Origin: an uncultured Phycisphaerales bacterium
GTDB lineage: Bacteria; Planctomycetota; Phycisphaerae; Tepidisphaerales; Tepidisphaeraceae
Assembly (NCBI GenBank): GCA_963755915.1
Contig: CAVWLP010000002.1
Coordinates: 1,440,001 to 1,504,000 of the forward strand
DNA: 64,000 bases
Reading direction: 5' to 3'
A model generated the notes under the pieces. The model ran no database searches. It had not been told where the DNA came from and worked only from the letters and a program-made list of their open reading frames with translations. Position numbers and translations under genes: made by a program. Below, in pieces: positions 40,678-51,305 of this stretch (within the stretch, counting starts at the first letter, position 1; each line of letters begins with the position of its first letter).

Positions 40678-42203
40678 ATGAATTCGCAGGAACTGATCCG
40701 AATCGTGGATGGAATCGCCCGTGACAAGAACATCGAGCGCGACCAGATCTACAACGACATCGAGCAAGCGGTCGCTTCCGGTCTGCGCAAGCAGTTCAAC
40801 ACCGAAGACACGAGCGAATTCACGGTGAAGCTGGATCGCACGAACGGGCAGATTTCGGCGCTGCGGCAGGGCGTTGAAGTGCCGCTGTCGGTCGTCGGGC
40901 GCATCGGCGCACAGACCGTCAAGCAGGTGATGATCCAGCTTATCCGCCAGGACGAGCGCGGTAGCATTTACGAGGAATACAAGGACCGCGTCGGCACGAT
41001 TATCACCGGAACCGTCGCCCGGTTCGAAAAAGACACGATGATCGTGACGCTGCTGCGGAACGTCGAGGGGATCATGCCGCGCAGCGAGCAGATTCCCGGC
41101 GAGGTTCACCAGGTGGCAGAGCGCGTGCAGGCTCTGATCCTGGAAGTTCGCGACACGCCCAGCGCGGTGAAGATCATTCTTAGCCGCAGCCATCCGGAAC
41201 TAATCCGGCGATTGTTCGAGCGCGAGGTTCCGGAAGTCGGCGAGCGGACGATTGAAATCAAGGCGCTGGCGCGCGAGCCGGGGCATCGGACGAAGATCGC
41301 GGTCAGCTCCATCGACAGCAAGGTGGATGCGGTGGGGGCGTGCGTGGGCGTGCGCGGCAGCCGGATCAAGAATATCGTCGATGAACTGGGGGGTGAAAAG
41401 ATCGACATCGTTCGCTGGAACGAATCGAGCCAGGTTCTGATCAGCAACGCGCTAAAGCCCGCCGAGGTGGCGGAAGTTGCGCTTTGCTTTGAGCTGGGGC
41501 GGGCGACGGTCGTGGTTAACGAAGATCAGTTGTCGCTGGCGATCGGCAAGCGCGGGCAGAACGTGCGGCTGGCGGCGCGTCTGACCGGGTGGGACATCGA
41601 CATCCTGACGCCGACCGAATTCCAGAAGGGCGTGACGCGGCTCGACGCGACATTCAAGAGCATCGAGGGCATCACCAAGGAGATGATCGACAAGGTGATC
41701 GTGCTGGGCCTGATCGACGTGCGCGACCTGGAAGAAGTGGGCACCGGCCCGCTGATGGAAGAGCTGGGCCTGGACGAGGAGACGGCCCAGAAGGTGGTCG
41801 ACCGGTGCGCCGAAGAGGCGAAGATCGTGGCGGTCGAGCAGGAGGCGAAGAAGGTTGCCGATGCGTCTGCCAAGGCGAAGCAGGCGGCGACGGTGGCGGC
41901 CGACAAGGCGGCGCTGCTGGCGCTGGGCGAGCCTTCCGCGGCCGAGCAGTCTGCCGAGCGAGCGGGGGGGACAAGATGCCGGACGCCATGGAGGCGGTCA
42001 GCGGGGCAGCGCCGGAAATCACCGTCCATGCCGAGTCGGCGGTGGCTGGGGAAGAGCTTAGCGTTGAGGAGCAGGCCGTCCAGGGAACCGCCGAGCCGGA
42101 CACCAATGGGATTGCGAAGAAGCCGATCGAGGAAGAAGACGACACGGCGCGTCTCGCCGAAGGAAGCGAGACGGCGCCGGTGGACGATGCGAACAAGTTG
42201 TAA
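40678..42203 (+). CDS. nusA: Transcription factor NusA (frameshift ~41965)
   Basis: S1/KH domains: AREPGHRTKIAV, GACVGVRGSRI and LAIGKRGQNVRLA. Confidence 0.96.
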
Positions 42204-42238
42204 CTGGCAAGCTGTAACAGGATTTTTCAGGAGTCGTT

Positions 42239-45140
42239 TTGGCAAAAGGTACGCGAGTCAACATTCTGGCCAAGGAATTGGGCGTCGAGAGCAAGGTCAT
42301 TCTTCAGAAATTGAAGGATGAAGGGCTCGGCGACAAGGCGCCCAATCACATGAGCACCCTGCCGCTGGGACTGGCGGAGTCGGTACGCGAATGGTTCAGC
42401 ACCGCCGGGGGCGGGACGGCGGTGGAGACCGCGCCGCACGTGGAAGTTTCCACCAAGCAAAAGGCGGCTCGAAGCCGGAAGAAAAAAGAAGAGTCGGAGT
42501 CGGAGGCTCCCGATTCGGAAACCGCTGCGCCGCCAGCGGCTCCGGCGCTCGCGCCAGTTGCTCCGGCGCCGCGCCAGCGGCCGAAGTACCGGTGGTTGCG
42601 CCGCCGGCGCCAGCGCCCGCGGTGGTAGCGCCAGTCGCGCCGTTGCGCCGCCGCCCGCGCCTGCGAAAAAGCCGGCGCCGCCGGCGCCCGCGCCAGCGAG
42701 TGTTCCTGCAGCTGCGCCGGCTCCGGTTGTCCAAGCGGCGCCGCCAGCGCCACAGGCTCCGCGGCCTGCTCCGGCAGCGCCCGCTGCGTCGCCGCCGGTG
42801 ATGAAGCCCGCCGCGGCGGCGCCCTCCGCGCCGGCGGCCGCATCACCAGCGCCAGTGCCGGGAACGGAGCATCTTCGCCCGATGCGACCGACGGTGACGC
42901 TTGCCAGTCGCGCCGCGTCCCAGCAGCCGCCAGTGCGGAAGCCGGTCGTGCAGGCGCCGCAGCTTACGTCGCTGGAGCCGGCGAAAATCCAGGGTCCGCG
43001 CGTGGTTCGCATCGAAAAGCAGGAAGTCCAGGAGCCGCGTGCCCCGCGGCCACCGAGGCAGACCGAGCCGCCGGAATTCAACCCGGCGGTGCAGCGTGCC
43101 GGCCGGGGCGTTAAGGCCACCGATGAAGAGGACGAAGATGCCAAGAAGAAAGCCGCGGGGAAAAAGAGCGGCAGTCTCTCCAGCCGCCGGCGCGGCGGCA
43201 ACGACGGCCGTCGCGGGGAGGCGATGGAGAAGATCAAGGAATTTACCGACGCCGACCTGATCGCGCGCCGGGACGCGCTGAACGCCGCCGCCAGCTCGCG
43301 AAATGTCTTCGACAGCCACCTCCGCCAGATCGAAAAGCGCGGTACGCATGCCATCGCCAAGCCGATCACCGAGCGTGGAGAGCCGGTCACGATCGAAGAG
43401 CCGATCACGGTCCGGTCTCTGTCCACCGCGCTGGGGGTCAAGAGCAACGACATCATCTCGAAGCTGATGAAAGGGGGCGTCTTCGCTACGGTTAACCAGG
43501 CCCTGGATTCGGGGACCGCCCAGTCGATGGCGCTGGAACTGGGGGTCGAGCTGCGGATCGCGCAGAAGGCGACGCTTGAAGAAACGCTGCTGAGGGATCT
43601 GGACGCCCAGGCGCCCGACCCGGAGAAGCTGAAGCCGCGGCCTCCGGTGGTGACGATTCTGGGTCACGTCGACCACGGCAAGACTTCGCTGCTGGACAAG
43701 ATTCGCAACGCCAACGTCGCCGCCGGCGAGGCGGGCGGCATCACCCAGCACACGGCCGCCTGGATGGTCCAGCTTGGCGAAAAGCGGGTGACGTTCATCG
43801 ATACGCCGGGCCACCAGGCGTTTACCGCCATGCGCGCCGCGGGGCGAATATGACGGACGTTGTGGTGCTGGTCGTCTCCGCCGCCGAGGGCGTTCAGCCA
43901 CAGACCATCGAATCGATCAATCACGCCCGGGCGGCGGAAGTGCCCATCGTTGTGGCGATGAACAAGATCGACCGGGCCGATGCCGAGCCAAACAAGGTCC
44001 TGGGCCAGCTTGCTGCCGAGGGGCTGAACCCCGTTGAATACGGTGGCGACACGGAAGTGGTCCGCACCAGCGCCACCACGGGCCAGGGTGTTCCGGAACT
44101 GATCGAAATCCTGGACTTGCAGAGCCAGATCATGGAACTGAAGGCCGACCCGACGGCGCCAGCGCGGGAGCGTCATCGAAAGCCGCATGGATGAGGGGCT
44201 TGGGCCGGTGGCCACCGTGCTCGTGCAGGACGGCACGTTGAAGGTCGGGGACATCGGGCTGGCGGGCGCCGCCTTCGGGAGGATCCGCAGCCTGTTCAAC
44301 GACCGCGGCGAAAACGTGACCGAGGCCGGCCCCAGCACGCCGGTTATTATCAGCGGGTTGAACGAACTCCCCGCGAGCGGCGACAAGTTTTACGCCCTCG
44401 ACGACTTCGAGCGTGCCCGCTCGATTGCCGAGGAACGCCAATCGCAGCGCCGCCAGAGCGATCTCGCCGGCGCCAACCGCGTCACGCTCGACACCCTCTT
44501 CGATTCGATGAAGGCCGAGGAGATCAAGACGATCAACCTCATCATCAAAGGCGACGTGCAGGGCTCGGTCGAAACGCTGGCCAAGACCGTTACCGAAGCC
44601 AACACCAGCGAAGTGCGCGTTCGCGTGATCCACAGCGCCGTGGGCGGGATCAACGAAAGCGACGTGGAACTGGCGGATGCGTCCAACGCAGTGATCATCG
44701 GGTTCCACGTCGTGCCGGACGAAGCCGCCCGGCAGATGGCGGAGCAGCGGCGGGTGGAAATCCGCCTGTACCGCATCATTTACGAGATTCTCGACGACCT
44801 GAAGAAAGCGCTCTCGGGCCTGCTGGAGCCGGAAATCCGCGAGAAGCTCCACGGCCACGCGGAAATCCGCAGGGTGTACAAGGTTTCCAAGATCGGCAGC
44901 GTCGCCGGGTGCTTCGTTACCGACGGGCACATCCAGCGCGGAAGCAAGATTCGCCTGACGCGGGAAGGGATCATCGTGGTCGAAGACCTGGCGATGGAAT
45001 CGCTCAAGCGGCTGAAGGACGACGTGAAGGAAGTGAAGGCCGGGCTGGAGTGCGGCATCAAGCTGGCCGGCTATGACGACATCAAAACGGGTGACATCCT
45101 GGAAGCCTACGCCCGCGAAACTTTCCAGCGGACATTGTAA
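42239..45140 (+). CDS. infB: Translation initiation factor IF-2 (several apparent frameshifts)
   Basis: [34 protein letters not shown] and GLECGI motifs; TTG start after AGGAG. Confidence 0.96.
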
Positions 45141-45146
45141 TCACCA

Positions 45147-45428
45147 GTGAAAATCGGCGTGCTGCAAATTGAAATATTGGTGACCGACGCCATGTCGCTC
45201 AAAGACAAACGCCGGGTGGTCAAGAGCATCAAGGACCGGATCGCCAACGGGCACAACGTCTCCATCGCGGAGATCGGCGCCCTCGACGAGCACCGGCGCT
45301 CGATCCTGGGAATGGCCATGGTCGGGAACGACGGGCGATATGTCGAAGGCGCATTGAGCAAGCTGGTCGATTTCATCCGGGCGGTGCCGCAGGTGTCGCT
45401 GCTCGATTATCAGATTGAGATGTTGTAG
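45147..45428 (+). CDS. DUF503 (YlxP-like) protein
   Basis: SLKDKRRVVKSI..NVSIAE; lies between infB and rbfA. Confidence 0.88.
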   Translation: MKIGVLQIEILVTDAMSLKDKRRVVKSIKDRIANGHNVSIAEIGALDEHRRSILGMAMVGNDGRYVEGALSKLVDFIRAVPQVSLLDYQIEML

Positions 45429-45433
45429 ATCCC

Positions 45434-45871
45434 ATGTCCCGAAGAACCGAACGCGTCGCCAGCACGATCCAGCAGGAGCTGGGAATGATGATCCTGCGCG
45501 AGCTGAACGACCCGCGGCTGACGGGCATGCCCAGCATCACGCGAGTGAAGGTCAGCCCCGACCTAAGCAGCGCCGACATTTATGTGACCGTGATGGGCAC
45601 GCCGGGCCAGCAGGAAGCGGCGCTCAACGCCCTGCGCCACTCGGCCGGGCTGATGCGAACCCGCCTTACGAAGGAATTGACGCTGCGGGTGGCCCCGTTC
45701 CTGAAATTTCACCTCGACGAAGACCTGAAGAAGGAAATTGAACTCCTGGACGTCCTGCGGAAAGTCTCCGAAGAAAACGCGGAACTGGACCGCAGGCGCG
45801 CGGCAATGGAGAGGCTCAAAAAGGAAAGGCACAAGACGAACCCGCATGAAAAATTCCGCCAAACACGCTGA
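45434..45871 (+). CDS. rbfA: Ribosome-binding factor A
   Basis: RTERVA..DPRL..SITRVKVSPDL..LRVAPFLKFHLD. Confidence 0.93.
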   Translation: MSRRTERVASTIQQELGMMILRELNDPRLTGMPSITRVKVSPDLSSADIYVTVMGTPGQQEAALNALRHSAGLMRTRLTKELTLRVAPFLKFHLDEDLKKEIELLDVLRKVSEENAELDRRRAAMERLKKERHKTNPHEKFRQTR

Positions 45872-46463
45872 TGGATTGAAGCAACTGCACCGCCGGCTGC
45901 TGCGCGACGGCAAGCCCGAGCCGCGCCAGACGCTGGAACCACTCGATGCCTTCGTGCGCGGCGCGATGAGCTACGACATTAGCGACAGCCGCGCCGAGGA
46001 CGTGATGAAGGCCATTGGCCGGGAGTTCGTCGACCTCAACGAACTGCGCGTCTCCACCGACCTGGAGATCCAGGAGCTTCTCGGCGTCCGCTATCCCGCC
46101 ATGGAGGATCGCGTGGCGCTGATCACGCAGTGCCTGAACGACATGTTCGAGCGCGAGCACACCATGAGCCTCGACCGCCTGAAGACGATCAGCAAGCGCG
46201 ATGCGCGGCAGTTCCTGCGCGAGTTGCCGGGGATGGTGCCCTTCGTCGAGGCGTACGTGATGATGTTCGCCTTCGAAGGCAACGCCTTTCCCATCGACAA
46301 GGAGATGCTGGATTATTTGCGCGAGGAAGGGGTCGTCGACGAAGAGACGACGGTCGAGGAAGCGCAGAAATTTGTGGAGAACCACATCAAGGGCGAGGAG
46401 ATTTACGACTTTTACTGGGTCCTGCGCCGGGCGGCACTGAGCGGCAGAAGGGCCAGGTCATGA
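45846..46463 (+). CDS. Hypothetical protein, HhH/endonuclease-III-like fold possible
   Basis: FVDLNELRVS, LRELPGM and FPID motifs. Confidence 0.6.
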   Translation: MKNSAKHADGLKQLHRRLLRDGKPEPRQTLEPLDAFVRGAMSYDISDSRAEDVMKAIGREFVDLNELRVSTDLEIQELLGVRYPAMEDRVALITQCLNDMFEREHTMSLDRLKTISKRDARQFLRELPGMVPFVEAYVMMFAFEGNAFPIDKEMLDYLREEGVVDEETTVEEAQKFVENHIKGEEIYDFYWVLRRAALSGRRARS

Positions 46464-47353
46464 CCGACCGCCTCCCTGCCGACACGCTGCGCCTGGGGCT
46501 TCCCAGCGGAAGCCTGCAGCAATCGACGATCGACCTGTTCGGCCGCGCCGGTTACCGGATCAACATCGCCGAGCGCAGCGTATTCCCGCGCATCGACGAC
46601 GACAAGCTGTCGGCGGTTCTCTTCCGCGCCCAGGAGATCAGCCGCTACGTCGCCGACAACATCGTCGATTGCGGCCTGACGGGTTACGACTGGATCGTCG
46701 AAAACGGCAACGACCAAGACGTCGTGGAAATTTGCGAGTTGGTCTATTCCCGCGCCAGCACCAACCCGATCCGCTGGGTCCTGGCGGTTCCGGATGAGAG
46801 CCCGGTGCGAAAGCCCGAGGAGCTGGACGGAAAAATCATCGCGACGGAGCTGGTAAACACCACGCGCCGCTATTTTGCCGAGCGCAAGGTGAAGGTGACG
46901 GTTGAGTTTTCGTGGGGAACTACGGAGATCAAGGCCCGCCTGCTCGACGGCATCGTCGAGTGCACCGAGACCGGCTCCTCGCTTCGCGCCAACAACCTGC
47001 GCGTCATCGACACGCTGCTCACGAGCACGACCCGGTTTGTCGCGAACAAGTCGGCGTGGAGCATCCCGTGGAAGCGTGAAAAGATGGAGAACATCGCGAT
47101 GCTGCTGAGAGGCGCGATCGAGGCGAAGGCCAAGATCGGGCTGAAGATGAACGTACCGGAGGATCGCCTAAGCGAAGTGGTTTCATTTCTGCCTGCCGAG
47201 AAAAGCCCTACCGTCAGCCGCCTGGCGGATTCCGCGTGGGTTGCTGTTGAGGTAATCCTCGAAGAGCGGCAGGAGCGCGAGCTTATCCCGCGCCTCAAGC
47301 GCGCCGGGGCGACGGGTATCATCACCTACCCTTTGAATAAGGTCATACCGTAA
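46460..47353 (+). CDS. hisG: ATP phosphoribosyltransferase (long form)
   Basis: LGLPSGSL, RAQEI, ETGSSLRANNL and SPTVS motifs. Confidence 0.93.
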   Translation: MTDRLPADTLRLGLPSGSLQQSTIDLFGRAGYRINIAERSVFPRIDDDKLSAVLFRAQEISRYVADNIVDCGLTGYDWIVENGNDQDVVEICELVYSRASTNPIRWVLAVPDESPVRKPEELDGKIIATELVNTTRRYFAERKVKVTVEFSWGTTEIKARLLDGIVECTETGSSLRANNLRVIDTLLTSTTRFVANKSAWSIPWKREKMENIAMLLRGAIEAKAKIGLKMNVPEDRLSEVVSFLPAEKSPTVSRLADSAWVAVEVILEERQERELIPRLKRAGATGIITYPLNKVIP

Positions 47354-47364
47354 AAGGCAAAACC

Positions 47365-48099
47365 ATGGCCGGACATAGTCACTGGGCAAAGATCAAGCGG
47401 GCCAAAGGATCCAACGACGCGAAGCGGGGGAAAATCTGGAGCAAGATCGCGCGGAAGATCATCATTGCCGCCAAGAACGGCGGCGACCCGCGCGACAACC
47501 TTTCGCTGCGCTACACGATCGACGAAGCCAAGGCCGCCAATATGCCGAAGGACACGATCGAGAAAGCGATCCTGAAGGGCACGGGCGAACTGGGCGCGGA
47601 AAACTACGAATCATTCGTCTACGAAGCCTACGCCCCCGGCGGCGTCGCGCTGATGATCGACGCCCTCACCAATAACCGCTCCCGCACGGCGCCCGAGCTG
47701 CGATCGATCCTGGAAAAACACGGCGCGAACCTGGCCACCTCCGGGGCCGTCGCTTTTCAGTTCATCAAGCAGGGGATCATCACTATCAAATCATCCGCCG
47801 TCAGCGAGGACAAGCTGCTCGATCTGGGCCTGGAGGCCGGCGCCGACGACGTGAAAAACGAGGGAGAGGTTTTCGAGGTGATCACTTCGCCCGCGAGTTT
47901 TCTGAAAGTAAAGGACGCCATCGCGGCGGCCAGCATCGCGATCGAAGCCTCGGAGATCACCAATGTTCCCACCAGCACGGTCCCGATCGACGCAGAACGG
48001 GCCCAAAAACTGCTGAAGCTGATTGACGTGCTGGAGGATAACGACGATGTGCAGACGGTGAGCCATAATGCGGAGATACCGGAAGGGGTGGGGGTATGA
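47365..48099 (+). CDS. YebC/PmpR family protein
   Basis: MAGHSHWAKIK, ANMPKDTIEKAI and LEDNDDVQTV motifs. Confidence 0.95.
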   Translation: MAGHSHWAKIKRAKGSNDAKRGKIWSKIARKIIIAAKNGGDPRDNLSLRYTIDEAKAANMPKDTIEKAILKGTGELGAENYESFVYEAYAPGGVALMIDALTNNRSRTAPELRSILEKHGANLATSGAVAFQFIKQGIITIKSSAVSEDKLLDLGLEAGADDVKNEGEVFEVITSPASFLKVKDAIAAASIAIEASEITNVPTSTVPIDAERAQKLLKLIDVLEDNDDVQTVSHNAEIPEGVGV

Positions 48100-48138
48100 G
48101 CGCTCTCTCGAATTGGCACGGGCGCCATTGGGATTATG

Positions 48139-49044
48139 CTAATCTGCGAACACCGGTAACGGGGTCGCATAGTTCCGGGGATCCATTTGCTTATCAAGGG
48201 GGTTGGGAAAATGCAGGTCAAAGAAGCACCAGACCATGCCAAGGACGAAAATTACAAAGAGCCAGAACGTCCACCGCCGAGCCGGTTTTTTCCCCTTGTC
48301 GGCTTCAGCAGTCCGATGACGTTTGAGCTCGTGAAAATCTGCCAGTGCAAGAATAATTTCGCTTTCAGACATGCCTGCGACCGAGGGTTTTTCCGGGGGA
48401 TCAGGGAAGTAAGCCGAGACCAGGTCTTTCAGCGCACGAAACAGAAGAACAAGCGCGATGAGCGAGGCATCGGCGACAAGAACATTCTCCGGGCTGATGC
48501 CGGGGACACAGTACTTGGCTGCGATATAAGATAGCGCGAGGCAAAAGAAAGTTACAACGGTTCTCCACACCCGATTTTTGAGCGGAACCTTTTCCTTTCG
48601 TTCCTCTATGACGAACTTCGCCAGGAAATCCCAGATGACATATATTACGAATATCTTCCACAGCCAGCCGGCGTCGGCGCTGGCATCGGGCACGTATTTA
48701 AATGCGTTGTTTCCCTCTCCCGCTTTTTCAAAATCGACCGAGCGGACGAGGAGGAAATAAATGATAACCAGCGCCATATCGAGCAAGAGGAGGACGAACT
48801 CCCATTCGAGGACTTTTCTGACGTTGCGCTGAGCCCCCGGCGAGGGACTTTTGCTCCAGCCCACAAAGCTCGCCGCGATAAGGAACGTAGCCAGAACCAA
48901 ATGAGCGTATCCCGGCAGGAAGTGGACGAAATTTCTGAGCTTGAAGAGGGACGCGAGTTCAATTCCAACTTCGCCGACGGCGACCGCGAACACCATCGCG
49001 ATGAATTCGTGACGCAGCTCGGGTTTCGACGATTCGCTCGCCAT
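48139..49044 (-). CDS. Hypothetical multi-pass membrane protein
   Basis: About 7 hydrophobic helices; atypical codon usage. Confidence 0.7.
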   Translation of the reverse strand: MASESSKPELRHEFIAMVFAVAVGEVGIELASLFKLRNFVHFLPGYAHLVLATFLIAASFVGWSKSPSPGAQRNVRKVLEWEFVLLLLDMALVIIYFLLVRSVDFEKAGEGNNAFKYVPDASADAGWLWKIFVIYVIWDFLAKFVIEERKEKVPLKNRVWRTVVTFFCLALSYIAAKYCVPGISPENVLVADASLIALVLLFRALKDLVSAYFPDPPEKPSVAGMSESEIILALADFHELKRHRTAEADKGKKPARRWTFWLFVIFVLGMVWCFFDLHFPNPLDKQMDPRNYATPLPVFAD

Positions 49045-49060
49045 GAGAGCTTACAACGAA

Positions 49061-50113
49061 TCAGTAGTAATCTGTTTCAACGTGATGTTCTATAAGCTTT
49101 GGTTCCCGCCCTGCACTCTGGCACACGGCCGAGAAGGGGCATCGCCGCCGGCCGTCGGGATGGATGGCAAGCGGCACATATCGGGCCGGCAGGGTGCATG
49201 AAGGCGGACACGCCAGGCAATGTGGATCTGTTCGCGTACAACAGCTTCGGAAAACATTCCAAAAGAGATAATGGAGACGGCTCGGATCGCGGAGACCGCT
49301 TAACTCCGAAATCCGCATGATCGCGTCGTGGACGGCCGTTCGGATCGCAATGTCTTCTTCGGCGGAGATTTCGGTGCCCTGGAGCAATTTGGATCGAAGC
49401 TGATCGTCGAGAATCCTCGCCGTGCCGATGCGAAGGTGGCCGCGGATTTCATGGTAGTCCACCGGGGGACCAAGATTCTGGGGGTCGGTGTAGTGCCACT
49501 TTGCGGTGTTTCGCATCAATGCGAGGAAGAAATACGATTTTTTTCTTACTGGGTCGTCATAGGCACGGAACTGGGCCAGGAGGCCCAGGAGATTGGGATC
49601 ACCAACGGCGATGCGTCCCTGGCTTAAACGAAAGAAATCATCGGCATATTCCCAGCGGCGGCCCAGCATGACCTGACCGAGATTCCTGATCAGTGAGGCC
49701 CTTCCGGCCGGGTCGGATATTCGATCACCGTTTTGTGAATCCCTGAAGATTTGCAGCACGTCGTCGGCACTTGCCTGAGCCCATCTCGAAGGCAGAAGGA
49801 ACTCTCTTCGCGTGCGGCACGCATCTTCGAGCTTTGCCGAGAGATAATCCCATCCTCGCAAATGGCGTCCAGCCACATCGCCCTCGAGGGGGGGCCTGCC
49901 GAGGGGGGAGGTTTGATGGCAAATGGCGACGAGCAAGAGATAAAAATTTCCGATTTCCTTTCCGGCGAAACCGGCCAGGTTCGTGTCTTCCCGATCCGAT
50001 GGAATGGCCTTTCCGCTTAAAAGCCCGGCTACCGCCGAGCACATGGCTTCGTCAACGACGACTTGCACAAGATTGGGCCGGAAAGATGGCTTATGCTGGA
50101 CGATCATTTCCAA
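49061..50113 (-). CDS. Hypothetical protein resembling queuosine-salvage (QNG1)/HhH glycosylase with Cys-rich C-terminus
   Basis: FRAYDDPVRKK..PVDYHEIR..LRIG; CC..C..C..C..CPF..C tail. Confidence 0.55.
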   Translation of the reverse strand: MEMIVQHKPSFRPNLVQVVVDEAMCSAVAGLLSGKAIPSDREDTNLAGFAGKEIGNFYLLLVAICHQTSPLGRPPLEGDVAGRHLRGWDYLSAKLEDACRTRREFLLPSRWAQASADDVLQIFRDSQNGDRISDPAGRASLIRNLGQVMLGRRWEYADDFFRLSQGRIAVGDPNLLGLLAQFRAYDDPVRKKSYFFLALMRNTAKWHYTDPQNLGPPVDYHEIRGHLRIGTARILDDQLRSKLLQGTEISAEEDIAIRTAVHDAIMRISELSGLRDPSRLHYLFWNVFRSCCTRTDPHCLACPPSCTLPARYVPLAIHPDGRRRCPFSAVCQSAGREPKLIEHHVETDYY

Positions 50114-50312
50114 TTTGGCGAATGGCGCCTACGATCGCGAGACTTTGAGTTCGGACAACTGCGAATTGTAGCATTACAATCGCTCGCCGCAAAAAAGCCG
50201 CTCGAAGATTAATTCCGCCGTTCTACGAATGATTTCAGCCTCCCCAGCGCATCCTCCCACTGCCGCGCGATGGTATCGAGCCTGCGACAAGCAATATCCA
50301 AGGCCTACACCC

Positions 50313-51200
50313 TCACGCCTTCACCAAAAAATCCCTGCTCCCAATCAGCCCGCGCTTCTCCCCATCCTCCGAGCCGTTGAAATCCCGGTCCTCCAGCTCC
50401 ACGCTGACGGCCCCCGCATACCCGGCACTCTTCAGCGCCGCCAGCATTTCGCGCCACGGCGCGCTTCCCCGGCCGGGAATGCAATATCGCCAGCAGTGCC
50501 CGCCGAACGGAATCACATCCGCCAGCGTCGCCGGCTGGAGATTGCCGAATTCGTACAGTTTTTCCGGCAGAATCTCGGTGTCCTTCGCATGCACATGGCC
50601 GACTCGCTTTCCAAAGTCGGCGAGAAATTGCCGGGGGTCGATCCCCATGCGGATCAGGTGCGACGGGTCAAAATTGATGGCCAGGGCGTCGCTTTTTGTT
50701 TCGCGAAAGAATGCGCGAAGACTTTCGGGCGTGGCGCAGAAGGCCGGGTAATAGGGATAGCTGCCGGGATATCCTTCGATGACAATCCGCGCCCCGGCGC
50801 CGCTGATCGACTGGGCAAGGGAGGCATACCCATCGACAGCAAATTTGAAACTTTCCTTGCGATCGCATGCATCCTCTTCCGGAAAAACGACGGTGAAAAA
50901 ATTCAGCACACCAAGCTTGGCGACCGATTTGATATGTTCCGCAGCCGCCGCCACGGCCGCCTTGCGCTTCCCGCCATCGGCGCTGGCCAGGGTAGACCAG
51001 GGCTTTTTCACATCCACCGATCCTATCCCCAGCCCGGCCGACAGCACTGTCTTGACCTGATCGGCCGAAGCGTCCCCCAGGTCAATGGCCTCAAACCCAT
51101 TCGCCTTGGCGAAGGCGACGACATTTTCAAGATTTTTCTGCCAGTCGCTCCACCCCTGTCGAAATCCGATCGGAAACGAGCCGGTCAATGTCTTTGCCAT
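50313..51200 (-). CDS. Sugar phosphate isomerase/epimerase (AP2-type TIM barrel)
   Basis: IEG, NFDPSHL, HVHAKD, PGRG and SVELED motifs. Confidence 0.88.
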   Translation of the reverse strand: MAKTLTGSFPIGFRQGWSDWQKNLENVVAFAKANGFEAIDLGDASADQVKTVLSAGLGIGSVDVKKPWSTLASADGGKRKAAVAAAAEHIKSVAKLGVLNFFTVVFPEEDACDRKESFKFAVDGYASLAQSISGAGARIVIEGYPGSYPYYPAFCATPESLRAFFRETKSDALAINFDPSHLIRMGIDPRQFLADFGKRVGHVHAKDTEILPEKLYEFGNLQPATLADVIPFGGHCWRYCIPGRGSAPWREMLAALKSAGYAGAVSVELEDRDFNGSEDGEKRGLIGSRDFLVKA

Positions 51201-51305
51201 AATTCACGGTTTATAACACGGCAAACAGAATTGGCCATTGCCGATTCGATTCATACCCGGACCTTCGCGCATCCTTCCCCCTTTGCTACACTGCGCCGCT
51301 CAGCT

